From contig JBMCXO010000003.1 in assembly GCA_048621055.1 (NCBI GenBank), forward strand, positions 1 to 34,243: 34,243 nucleotides of DNA, given 5' to 3'. A program made the position numbers and the translations under genes. The stretch comes from Candidatus Natronoplasma sp. (GTDB lineage: Archaea > Thermoplasmatota > Thermoplasmata > Halarchaeoplasmatales > Halarchaeoplasmataceae). Under the pieces are notes generated by a model. That model did no database searches, was not told the DNA's origin, and saw nothing but the letters and a program-made list of their open reading frames with translations. Below, in pieces: positions 19,049 to 28,120 of the stretch; the stretch's first letter is position 1, and every line of letters begins with the position of its first letter.

Positions 19049-19122
19049 TTTATCATTTCTCGAAGCTATGATGGATGGTATGACTATTTTAAATTTGTTT
19101 GTAGAGACGAAATATCCATAGA

Positions 19123-19137
19123 GAAAAGCTTTATAAC
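19123..19137 (+). promoter_or_regulatory. BRE/TATA promoter of the S9 peptidase
   Basis: GAAAAGCTTTATAAC about 30 nt upstream of ATG 19167. Confidence 0.55.
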
Positions 19138-19166
19138 TTCTAGTTCATTTGCACGCCCGTGAAAAC

Positions 19167-20969
19167 ATGGGAGAAGAATACCCTCTTGAGGAATTGGCGA
19201 GCTTACCCGAATTTTATCATCCTGTCGCGTCACCAGACCGAGAAAAAGTAGCATTTTACTGGGATAAAAGCGGTAGGAACGAACTTCATGTCATGAATTT
19301 AGAGTCGGGAGAGATAGAACAGATTAGCGACGGCGAAGTACCTAAGAATGCGCGGTGGTTCATAATGTGGGGCAGCGACAGCGAAAAGATATACTTCCAC
19401 AAAGACGAAGCGGGAAACGAACAGAACGACATCTACTCCATAGATCTTGAAGGGAACGTCGAGAGCGTTGTAACGGCGAATGGTCAATGCATACTTCAAG
19501 ATGTTAGCAGTGATGGAAGATATCTTTTGTTTACTAGTGATATGGAAGAGCAGATGAATCTTTACAGATATGACCTTGAGAAGGGAGCTACCGAAAAACT
19601 AACTGAATACGAGCAACCAGTTGTGAATGCCATTTTCGGTCCTGACGATGAATTTATCGCCTACGAAGCCAATGAGTCTGAAGATCTAGAAAATCAGGAT
19701 GTTTACCTGTGCAGGTCTGACGGGTCCGAAAAAGATAGGTTGGATATCAGTGAAGATGGCTACGAGTCTTCGGTAGGCGACTGGTCTCCTGACGGTGCTT
19801 CTTTGTTGGTCAGTGATAACACTATGGACATGGTCAGTTGTGGGATATACGATGTAGAAAAAGAAAATATCGAATGGTTCGCCTCGACCGAATATGAAGA
19901 GTATCCCGTTTCCTTTTTACCAGGTGGAGATGGTTTTCTTGCGTTCAGGATAAAACAGGCAGGATGGATCCCGATAAAGTACGGATACGACGGGTCGGTC
20001 AAAGAGCTAGAGCTAGACGAAGGGATGTGTTCTTTCCCTGCAGGAGGTAACGGAGGCGTATTCATCTCCGATAAAGAGATCGTTGTTCCGTATACCAGAC
20101 CGGACGTGAGGAAGGAATTGTTCAGATATGATATAGAAAAGGATGACTTTGAAGTTATTTTAGAAGCGGAATACGGCGATATAGACCCAGATAGCTTTGT
20201 AGATACTGAATACGTCACATATGATTCTATTGACGGACTCGAGATCGGAGCGTTGCTGTACGATTCTGGCGAGAGACCATCTCCCGCGGTCGTGATGGTC
20301 CATGGAGGTCCGCACTTCCAATCTACTAGATCTTTCAATATCTACGCTCAGTTCCTAGCCAGTCGAGGCTACACCGTTTTCCAGCCGAATTATCGTGGTT
20401 CTATAGGCAGGGGTAGAGAGTTCAAACGTATGATACATATGGACTGGGGCGGAAAAGAACAGGATGATGTAGCTGAAGGTGCGATATGGTTGAAAGAACA
20501 GGACTGGATCGATGAAGATAGGGTCGCGGTCTTCGGCGGTTCTTACGGTGGCTATTCGGCCTACATGCAGATGGTGAAGTATCCTGAGCTGTGGACCACG
20601 GGTATAGCCTGGATAGGTATCACGGATCTGCACAAGCTTTACGAGGAGGATATGCCGCACTTCCAGTCGATGCTGGAAGAGAACATGGGAGATCCGGAAG
20701 AGAATTATGAATTATGGAGAGACAGGAGTCCTATAGAGCACGTTGAGAACATGGAGAGACCTATACTAATGATTCATGGTGTCAATGATCCTAGATGTCC
20801 TATCGAGCAGGCAAGGATCTTTGCAGATGCGTTGGAAGACATGGGATGGGAAGAAGGTGAAGACTTTGAACTGGAAGAGTTAGGTGAAGAGGGACACGGC
20901 AGTACGGATATAGGTCAGAAGATCCGGGCGTTCCAAATACTGGAGGATTACCTGGACAGGAGATTGTGA
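19167..20969 (+). CDS. S9 family (prolyl oligopeptidase / acylaminoacyl) peptidase with beta-propeller
   Basis: VHGGP, PNYRGS, GGSYGG nucleophile, HGVNDPRC (Asp) and EGHG (His). Confidence 0.93.
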   Translation: MGEEYPLEELASLPEFYHPVASPDREKVAFYWDKSGRNELHVMNLESGEIEQISDGEVPKNARWFIMWGSDSEKIYFHKDEAGNEQNDIYSIDLEGNVESVVTANGQCILQDVSSDGRYLLFTSDMEEQMNLYRYDLEKGATEKLTEYEQPVVNAIFGPDDEFIAYEANESEDLENQDVYLCRSDGSEKDRLDISEDGYESSVGDWSPDGASLLVSDNTMDMVSCGIYDVEKENIEWFASTEYEEYPVSFLPGGDGFLAFRIKQAGWIPIKYGYDGSVKELELDEGMCSFPAGGNGGVFISDKEIVVPYTRPDVRKELFRYDIEKDDFEVILEAEYGDIDPDSFVDTEYVTYDSIDGLEIGALLYDSGERPSPAVVMVHGGPHFQSTRSFNIYAQFLASRGYTVFQPNYRGSIGRGREFKRMIHMDWGGKEQDDVAEGAIWLKEQDWIDEDRVAVFGGSYGGYSAYMQMVKYPELWTTGIAWIGITDLHKLYEEDMPHFQSMLEENMGDPEENYELWRDRSPIEHVENMERPILMIHGVNDPRCPIEQARIFADALEDMGWEEGEDFELEELGEEGHGSTDIGQKIRAFQILEDYLDRRL

Positions 20970-21055
20970 GAGGTCGGCAGATGAAATATAGAGTAAAAAC
21001 CTTCATACACTACTCTTTATTTTCCCTACCTGTGAACGACCCTTTATCGAAGGTC

Positions 21056-21469
21056 CTACACCTCTTCTAAAAACTCATTTGCACTTCTTCTTTCGATACC
21101 TTCGATGTCGTCAAAATCATCATCTTCACTTAGCAGGACCGTCAACTTCTCTTTTTTCATAGAAGCCATGTGGATAGCATCTCTTGGGGTCAAATCGGTG
21201 CTATCATATAACTCCAGACTTTGATACATGATATCTCTTTTAACATCTATCCATTTTATAGGTAAAGACAAGAACATCTTTGTCGACTCCAATGCATCTT
21301 CCTTTCCTATATTTTTCTGAAGTATCCAAAGAACCTCGTCCAGCATCAGATAGGATGATGCGGCATTTAACGACCCGTTCTCTATTTTCTCGACAATATT
21401 TCGACAGTTCTCTCCCAATTGATTTTTGTCAACTGCTGAATAAATAAATATATTTGAATCGATATACAT
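21056..21469 (-). CDS. vapC: VapC PIN-domain toxin
   Basis: YIDSNIFIY, DE, RDAIH.A and SEDDDFD PIN residues; downstream of an AbrB-type gene. Confidence 0.9.
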   Translation of the reverse strand: MYIDSNIFIYSAVDKNQLGENCRNIVEKIENGSLNAASSYLMLDEVLWILQKNIGKEDALESTKMFLSLPIKWIDVKRDIMYQSLELYDSTDLTPRDAIHMASMKKEKLTVLLSEDDDFDDIEGIERRSANEFLEEV

Positions 21470-21471
21470 TA

Positions 21472-21705
21472 TTATGCCTCGTATCGTTTTTTCAACTGAT
21501 CTTTTATTTCTGCTAAGCTAATTTCTTTATCGTGTTTCTCCGCAATATCCTTCAGTCTGGAGGAAACTTTCTTTTCTTTTTTGATCTTTATAGTGTCTCC
21601 TTCTAGATCTATCTTCACATTATCCCCTTCATGCAGACCTAAGAGATCCCTTATATCTTTAGGTATCACAACTTGTCCCTTCTTCAACACCTTTTTTTCG
21701 ATCAT
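21472..21705 (-). CDS. vapB: AbrB/MazE/SpoVT-family antitoxin
   Basis: KKGQVVIPKDIRDLLGLHEGD swapped-hairpin motif; 2 nt upstream of vapC. Confidence 0.88.
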   Translation of the reverse strand: MIEKKVLKKGQVVIPKDIRDLLGLHEGDNVKIDLEGDTIKIKKEKKVSSRLKDIAEKHDKEISLAEIKDQLKKRYEA

Positions 21706-22002
21706 TTTACCAACTAGTTAAACATTAGATTAACCAATTAATAAAACTTAGGTAGATTGTACTAGTTAAAATCACATATACCTAATTAAGAAATTATCTA
21801 TCAAGTTGGGTGATCATCCTGAAACATCTTGAATTATTTTTGTCATCACTTTAGCCTCTAAATGACTCTTGCGATAAACCAATCAAATAGGCTCAAATAT
21901 TGTTTAAAAAACTCATGAAATTTACAGATATTAATCAAAAGAAGAGCTTTTAAAACACTTGAAAAGTATATAGATAGGAGACCATGATTTATAGGTGATA
22001 AT

Positions 22003-22977
22003 ATGTCGGGACTCTTAAGCCCTCTAGAATTGGACTCACTGAAGTTGAGAAATAGGATAGTTCTACCACCTATGGCGACCGAAAAGTCAACTCAAGACGG
22101 ATTCGCCACTGAAGAAATCTACGACCATTACGACGAAAGGTCTGAAGGACCCGGTTTGGTGATAGTGGAGCACTCCTACGTGAACAGAAGGGGAAGGTTG
22201 AGCGAGAACCAACTTGGTATCTATTCGGACAAACATGTGGAAAGTCTTAAAGAACTGGCGGAAACGATCAAGGCAAACGGAGCGAAAGCAGCTATCCAGA
22301 TCAACCATGCCGGCGGTCAGTGCGACGAAGACCTGACCGGTGAGAAACCCGCTGCTCCCTCAGAAGCGTATTTCGATGATGCTGAACAGCTGTCTGTAGA
22401 ACAGATGGAAAAGATAAAGCAGGACTTCGTGAGCGCTGCAGAAAGAGCCGTTAAAGCGGGTTTTGAAGCTGTAGAGATACATGGCGCCCACAGTTTCTTG
22501 CTTGGACAGTTCATGTCTCCACTCACTAATCAAAGAGATGACGAGTATGGTGGAGATCTCGAAAACAGGATGAGATTTCCTCTAGAGATAGTCGAGGAAG
22601 TAAATGAAGCAGTAGAAGATATCTCTCTTCTGTACAGACTGGGAGCTACTGACATGGATGAAAATGGATTGACTGTCGAGGAAGCTAAGATATTTGCCGA
22701 GAGATTGGAAGAGAACGGTGTCGATATCATAGAAGTCTCTGGAAACATGTGCGGTTCCAGGCCAGAAGAATACGAAGGCAAGCAGGGCTATTTCGTGCCT
22801 CTAGCCGAAGAGATAAAGGATGCGGTGGAGGTACCGGTTATCGGCGTAGGAGGTATCAAGGAACCCGAGTATGCCGATGATATAGTGAGAGAAGTGAAAG
22901 TGGATCTTGTCGCGGTCGGCAGGGAACAGTGGAAGGACCCAGATTGGGCGGTAAAAGCGATAGAAGAGCTGCAGTAG
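22003..22977 (+). CDS. NADH:flavin oxidoreductase (old yellow enzyme family)
   Basis: LRNRIVLPPM, IQINHAG, EIHGAHSFLLGQFMSPLTNQRDDEYGG.LENR motifs; GGTGA RBS. Confidence 0.93.
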   Translation: MSGLLSPLELDSLKLRNRIVLPPMATEKSTQDGFATEEIYDHYDERSEGPGLVIVEHSYVNRRGRLSENQLGIYSDKHVESLKELAETIKANGAKAAIQINHAGGQCDEDLTGEKPAAPSEAYFDDAEQLSVEQMEKIKQDFVSAAERAVKAGFEAVEIHGAHSFLLGQFMSPLTNQRDDEYGGDLENRMRFPLEIVEEVNEAVEDISLLYRLGATDMDENGLTVEEAKIFAERLEENGVDIIEVSGNMCGSRPEEYEGKQGYFVPLAEEIKDAVEVPVIGVGGIKEPEYADDIVREVKVDLVAVGREQWKDPDWAVKAIEELQ

Positions 22978-23042
22978 TTACGGAAACTCCCATAGAAAAA
23001 TCTTATATCTATTTCCCTATTTCTTTTTTTAGAGAGATCAAT

Positions 23043-24002
23043 ATGAATCATAATTTAGCCGATAGATTGTTGGATGCGATAGACGAGAAAAAAAATCCTT
23101 CCGTGGTGGGGTTAGATCCGCGCCTATGGAGGATACCCGATCACTTGAAGGAAAGGGCGAAAAAGGAAACTGACGATCCCTTCAAAGCCGCGGGTGAAAC
23201 GATATTCGAATTCAACAAAGGGATAATAGACGGCGTGAGTGACATAGTCCCAGCTGTAAAGCCTCAGGTGGCTTTCTACGAAAAATACAGCGTCGAAGGC
23301 ATCAAAGCTTTCAAGAAAACGATCGAATATGCCAGGGAGGAGGGATTGATAGTTGTGGAGGACGTCAAAAGGAACGATATAGGTAGTACCGCGGAAGCAT
23401 ACGCTTCCGCTCATCTGGGAGAGGTGGATATGATCGAAGGAAACGCTCTCTCTTTCGATGGTGATATGGTCACTGTCAATCCGTATCTCGGTTCCGATGG
23501 TATAGAGCCCTTCGTGGAAGTGTGTGAGGAATACGGAAAAGGAATATTCATACTGGATAAGACGTCCAATCCATCTTCCAGCGAACTCCAGGATCTGACC
23601 ACCGAGAGCGGGAAAAAGATCTATGAAGTCATGGCTGAACTGATAGACGGATGGGGCGAAGGTCTTATCGGCGAAAGAGGCTATTCTTCCGTAGGCGTGG
23701 TGGTCGGAGCGACCTACCCTGAAGAAGCCGAGCGGTTGAGAGAGATCATGGAGAACAATCTATTTCTGGTTCCAGGCTACGGTTCTCAGGGCGGCACCGC
23801 TGACGACGTGATCCCGTGCTTCAACGACGACGGTTACGGCGCGATAGTGAACTCTTCCAGAGGGATCGATTACGCCTATGAGGATGACGAGGAGTTTGGA
23901 CCTAAAGAATTCGATAAAGCTTCGAGGAAAGCGGCTCTAGAGATGAAAGACGATATAATTAAGTCGTTGGAGAAGGGTGGAAAAGTTCCCGAGGACTGGT
24001 GA
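23043..24002 (+). CDS. pyrF: Orotidine 5'-phosphate decarboxylase (long, subfamily-2 type)
   Basis: VVGLDP, KPQVAFYE, DVKRNDIGST, TVNPYLG, KTSNP, VVGAT, LVPGYGSQGG and NSSR motifs. Start ATG 23043 follows its own TATA (TCTTATAT ~23001). Confidence 0.93.
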   Translation: MNHNLADRLLDAIDEKKNPSVVGLDPRLWRIPDHLKERAKKETDDPFKAAGETIFEFNKGIIDGVSDIVPAVKPQVAFYEKYSVEGIKAFKKTIEYAREEGLIVVEDVKRNDIGSTAEAYASAHLGEVDMIEGNALSFDGDMVTVNPYLGSDGIEPFVEVCEEYGKGIFILDKTSNPSSSELQDLTTESGKKIYEVMAELIDGWGEGLIGERGYSSVGVVVGATYPEEAERLREIMENNLFLVPGYGSQGGTADDVIPCFNDDGYGAIVNSSRGIDYAYEDDEEFGPKEFDKASRKAALEMKDDIIKSLEKGGKVPEDW

Positions 24003-24021
24003 CAGATCGGTAAGATATTTT

Positions 24022-25716
24022 TCAGTCACTTACCAACCGTTTTTGGAATATTATTAGGAAGACCACTATAGATCCGATCACCCATATCACCATCGCTACG
24101 ATCAATGAGACGTCAGATATGCCTGGAAGAAAATCCAAACCAAATCTCCCTTGATAAATCAAATCCATAGTTTCCATAAAAATCATGTTAGGATTCGCTA
24201 ATATCATGTAGCTTGTGAACACTTCATGATTGTAGGTGCCATATTCATATCCTAATAAGGAGGTAATTCCATCCTCAACCGCAGGATAGAATAAGCCCAA
24301 TAAAAACCAAAAACTGAGTCCACCTAGTAAAGATGTGACTGAGCTGTCAGTCAAAGTTGAGAGCATAGTTTGGAGAGTCAAAAAGAAAATCAAAAGAGCG
24401 AGAGATCCAAGAAAAAAGGTCAATATTAAATTAAACGATGGAGTAGCTCCCAACATGTACCACATCAAAGAGATACTTACAGAATTCACAACTATGACAG
24501 GCATAGCTACAGCAAAAAAGGCACCTATTAATTTACCAACGCCTATCTTCCATCTTTCTATCGGTTTTGCTAGTAAGAAAAACAAAGAGTTAGATTCCCT
24601 CTCCTTGGTTACGCTGTCGAATGATAAAGCTATCGCGACCAACGGTAGGACCAATATCATCGAGAAGGTCATTTCATTCAAGATGCTATCAATCTCAAAA
24701 GTACTATCAGGAGCTTCACGAATCTCATGAGTTGTGTAGTTCCAAGAATTGTATTCATTTTGCAATTTTACCCTATGAGCCCCTTTAGAGAATTCATACT
24801 CGATATAACCGTACTCGTCAGACTCAGCAACTTTAGTTTCATCATGGTATATCTTTAGCTTTTCCTCCTCCAATTTTATTTCTAGCAGATATAATATTTC
24901 TTCATTCATGGATATAGCCCATACCCCGTCTTCTTCAGAAAGAACTGCCTCCTCATCAATATGATGACTTTTGTTTCCAAACGCCTCTTTCAGCACTGGA
25001 TCAACTGTCCCTTCCTCAAGATAGTTCTTATATTCTGTAAGATTCAAACTAAACAGGTGCTCGTTCACATACAATTCAGCCTCGGTTGAAGGTGACCCAT
25101 CTGGTTCCACTGCATGGTAAAGTGCATTATTCGAAGTTCCTTCCCCTAGGTCTCTGAATGAAATATCGAAAAAAGAACCTTGAGAAAAAGAGTCATTTAC
25201 ACTTTCATCATCTTTGAAATCTTGGTGAATACTAGTGTGCCCGTCGATCGTGTCAATCTTATCCTGATCTTCTACTGAAAATTCTATTCCCATAATATAT
25301 TCCATATATCCTCCATCGGTTTCGTGAACAAAATCTTTTATACCTTCAAACAAAGCCATTCCGTTTTTACCCGTTGTTCTTGCCATCTCAGGTTCAGATT
25401 CAGGTTCTTCCTCATCAATTCTCTCTTCTTCTGAGACATTCAACATATCATAGAGTTTTATCTCCTTACCATCTATAGGATTACCCCACTCATCGCTGTA
25501 ATATAGAACTAGATCATCGTAATCTCCATCGTCCTCATGGTCAACATAATGAGTCATTAGAATGTGAGTGGTTTCCCTTTTTTGTTGAGTGGTGAGAGTT
25601 TCACCGTAAGTCACTCCTACAACCAATATAGAAAAGATCAAAACGATGATCAGAAATCTTATACTCAAAACATTGGTTAAAAATTCCTTCTTACCAACGA
25701 TCCAGCTTTTATTCAT
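24022..25716 (-). CDS. ABC-2 type exporter permease with large extracellular domain
   Basis: N-terminal KKEF + TM helix, SFDSVTKERESNSLFFLLAKPI.R....GK motif and multiple C-terminal TM helices. Confidence 0.88.
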   Translation of the reverse strand: MNKSWIVGKKEFLTNVLSIRFLIIVLIFSILVVGVTYGETLTTQQKRETTHILMTHYVDHEDDGDYDDLVLYYSDEWGNPIDGKEIKLYDMLNVSEEERIDEEEPESEPEMARTTGKNGMALFEGIKDFVHETDGGYMEYIMGIEFSVEDQDKIDTIDGHTSIHQDFKDDESVNDSFSQGSFFDISFRDLGEGTSNNALYHAVEPDGSPSTEAELYVNEHLFSLNLTEYKNYLEEGTVDPVLKEAFGNKSHHIDEEAVLSEEDGVWAISMNEEILYLLEIKLEEEKLKIYHDETKVAESDEYGYIEYEFSKGAHRVKLQNEYNSWNYTTHEIREAPDSTFEIDSILNEMTFSMILVLPLVAIALSFDSVTKERESNSLFFLLAKPIERWKIGVGKLIGAFFAVAMPVIVVNSVSISLMWYMLGATPSFNLILTFFLGSLALLIFFLTLQTMLSTLTDSSVTSLLGGLSFWFLLGLFYPAVEDGITSLLGYEYGTYNHEVFTSYMILANPNMIFMETMDLIYQGRFGLDFLPGISDVSLIVAMVIWVIGSIVVFLIIFQKRLVSD

Positions 25717-26663
25717 ATTTTATTCTCCGTTATCTTTAAAAATACCTCTTCTAGATCCGGTTCTTTTACATTTATCGATTTGATTTCAGCTCCCTCCTCT
25801 ATAAGTTTAGAGTTTATCTTCGAGGATAAATCTTCATCTTCGATCATCGCTGTGAATCCACGATCCGTTTTTTCGATGGATCGAACGCCATTCATCTCTT
25901 TTATACTATCTAATATCTCATTCTCTATGCCTTTTCCCTCAACATTCACCTCATATCCTTTTTCTTGGTTGGCCATCGCTCGGGATAGATTTTCAATCAG
26001 GTCAACCTCTAATATTTTTCCTTCGTGGATTATACCAACTCGATTACAAACCTCCTGTACTTCTGAGAGTATATGAGATGAGAGAAATATCGTTTTACCG
26101 TCATCATTCAATTTCTCTACCATATTTTTAAAGAAGTGAGTACCCTGAGGATCTAATCCTCCCGTAGGCTCGTCCAAGATCAAGACTTGAGGTTGATGAA
26201 CAATCGCCTGAGCTAATGCCAATCTTTTCCTCATGCCGTGAGAATATCCCTTGACTTTTCTATCTACATATTCTTTAATGCCGGATATTTCGATAGATCT
26301 TTGAATGTTCTTTTCAGGATCCTCCAGATTATGAAATTCAGCATAGAATTTCAGATGCTGTCTTCCGGTCATGTTCTCATAAAACCCGGGTTCTTCAGGC
26401 ATCACCCCGATTTTTTCTTTCATCTTTAGAGGTTCTTTCTCGATATCGTGACCACCTACGATAGCGGTGCCTGATGTAGGGTCTAATGCACCACACAACA
26501 TTTTGATAGTGGTCGTTTTACCCGCTCCATTAGGCCCCAAAAACCCAAAGACATCTCCACTTTCCACTCCAAAGTTTATATTATCTACAGCGGTCACATC
26601 GTCTGAACTGAATATCTTCGTTAGGTCTTGCGTTTCGATCACAGGAGATCTTTTATCAGCCAT
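25713..26663 (-). CDS. ABC transporter ATP-binding subunit
   Basis: GPNGAGKTT, YSHGM, ILDEPT and SSH motifs; 4-nt overlap with the permease. Confidence 0.95.
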   Translation of the reverse strand: MADKRSPVIETQDLTKIFSSDDVTAVDNINFGVESGDVFGFLGPNGAGKTTTIKMLCGALDPTSGTAIVGGHDIEKEPLKMKEKIGVMPEEPGFYENMTGRQHLKFYAEFHNLEDPEKNIQRSIEISGIKEYVDRKVKGYSHGMRKRLALAQAIVHQPQVLILDEPTGGLDPQGTHFFKNMVEKLNDDGKTIFLSSHILSEVQEVCNRVGIIHEGKILEVDLIENLSRAMANQEKGYEVNVEGKGIENEILDSIKEMNGVRSIEKTDRGFTAMIEDEDLSSKINSKLIEEGAEIKSINVKEPDLEEVFLKITENKI

Positions 26664-26788
26664 CTAAACCTCCGATAGATTTAGTAAAAAATTCAGATAA
26701 ATAAAATTTATCCAAAATGAAGGAGTAAAAACAAAGGCTCCAAAACTCTTTTATCTTATAACTTCACTCAGAGAGTCCAAGTGAAAAG

Positions 26789-28120
26789 ATGGGTCCGAAA
26801 AATGAAAAAACTGATGGACTGGGAAAAGAAGGTTTCGTGGATATAGAGGAGATACTAGAAGGAAAGCACACCGGAAAAGAGGTGAAGATACGCGGCTGGA
26901 TACACAGAACTAGAGACATAGGCAATATGGCATTCTTGAACATTAGAGATCCAAGTGGAGTCGTTCAGGCTACATTCGCCAAGGACGAATTCGACGAGGA
27001 TAAATTCGAGGAAGTGAAGGACCTGTTGGTAGAGTCTTCCTTGAAGGTTAAAGGAAAAGTGAAGGAAGACGAGAGAGCTCCAGGCGGTTATGAGATCGCC
27101 GCCACTGACGCCGAGATAGTGCACGCTTCCGAAGACTTCCCGATCCACGAAGACCAGAGTGTAGAGCATCTTTTGGACAACAGACATCTCTGGCTTAGGT
27201 CGACCAAGATGAGAGATATTTTAAAAGTGAGATCCACCGTATTCAACGCGATCCACGAGTTCTTCAGAAGCGAAGGTTATGAGGAATTTCAATCCCCTAT
27301 CTTAACCCCGTTAGCATGTGAAGGAGGTTCCACTCTTTTTCCTGTAGAATATTTCGAAGATCAAGTCTACTTGACCCAGAGCTGGCAGCTGTACGCGGAA
27401 GCCGGCATCTTCGGGATGGGAGACATCTATACCATAGCTCCAAGTTTCAGAGCCGAAAAATCCCGAACTCCTAGACACCTTACGGAATACTGGCATGCTG
27501 AAGTCGAAGGTCTTTGGCTCGATCTAGACGGGTTGATAGAACTCGGCGAAGGATTAGTCATACACATAGTCGAAAAAGTGCTGGAGAAGAACAGGAAAGA
27601 ATTAGAGAATCTTGATGCTGACGTGGAATACCTCGAAAACTTGGAGAGCCCGTTGCCGATCATAACCTATGAGGAAGCTGTAGAACAATTACAAGAAGAT
27701 GGGATGGACATCGAATATGGAGAGGATTTCGGAGTTCCGGAGGAAAAGAGGCTCACTTCTTTCTACGATAAGCCCGTTTTCGTTACTCACTATCCAAAAG
27801 AGATCAAAGCGTTCTACATGAAAAGAGATGAAGATGATCCCTCGAAAGTATTAGGTTATGATCTGATGGTACCTCATGTGGGAGAGCTGATCGGCGCTAG
27901 CGTGAGAGAGGTTGACATAGCCTCGTTGGAAAGAAGATTGGACGAGGAAGGTGAAGATCCTTCGATATACGGTTGGTTCCTAGATACTAGAAGATATGGG
28001 AGTGTACCTCACGCGGGCTACGGTTTAGGGATAGAACGTGTGATCATGTGGTTATGTGATCTTGATCACATCAGAGACGCTATCGCCTTCCCGAGGACAC
28101 CTAACCGCTATCGACCATAG
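26789..28120 (+). CDS. asnS: Asparagine--tRNA ligase
   Basis: OB-fold IRGW, YLTQSWQLYAE, FRAEKSRTPRHLTEYWHAE, GELIGAS.RE and RRYGSVPHAGYGLGIER motifs. Confidence 0.93.
   Translation: MGPKNEKTDGLGKEGFVDIEEILEGKHTGKEVKIRGWIHRTRDIGNMAFLNIRDPSGVVQATFAKDEFDEDKFEEVKDLLVESSLKVKGKVKEDERAPGGYEIAATDAEIVHASEDFPIHEDQSVEHLLDNRHLWLRSTKMRDILKVRSTVFNAIHEFFRSEGYEEFQSPILTPLACEGGSTLFPVEYFEDQVYLTQSWQLYAEAGIFGMGDIYTIAPSFRAEKSRTPRHLTEYWHAEVEGLWLDLDGLIELGEGLVIHIVEKVLEKNRKELENLDADVEYLENLESPLPIITYEEAVEQLQEDGMDIEYGEDFGVPEEKRLTSFYDKPVFVTHYPKEIKAFYMKRDEDDPSKVLGYDLMVPHVGELIGASVREVDIASLERRLDEEGEDPSIYGWFLDTRRYGSVPHAGYGLGIERVIMWLCDLDHIRDAIAFPRTPNRYRP

Noticed and set aside
19760-20338. Long Ser-rich antisense ORFs (this one and similar ones at 7731, 8650, 5640, 24335 and 31570)
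   Set aside because: They are mirror frames of Glu/Asp-rich sense genes (GAA/GAT codons give Ser/Phe/Ile runs on the opposite strand).
21780-21960. Small ORF or pseudogene in the AT-rich spacer between vapB and OYE
   Set aside because: Only very short frames without recognisable motifs were found by manual translation.
22929-23042. N-terminal extension of pyrF overlapping the OYE gene (possible fusion or frameshift)
   Set aside because: The extension has no PyrF-like sequence and contains the pyrF TATA box; ATG 23043 is the better start.
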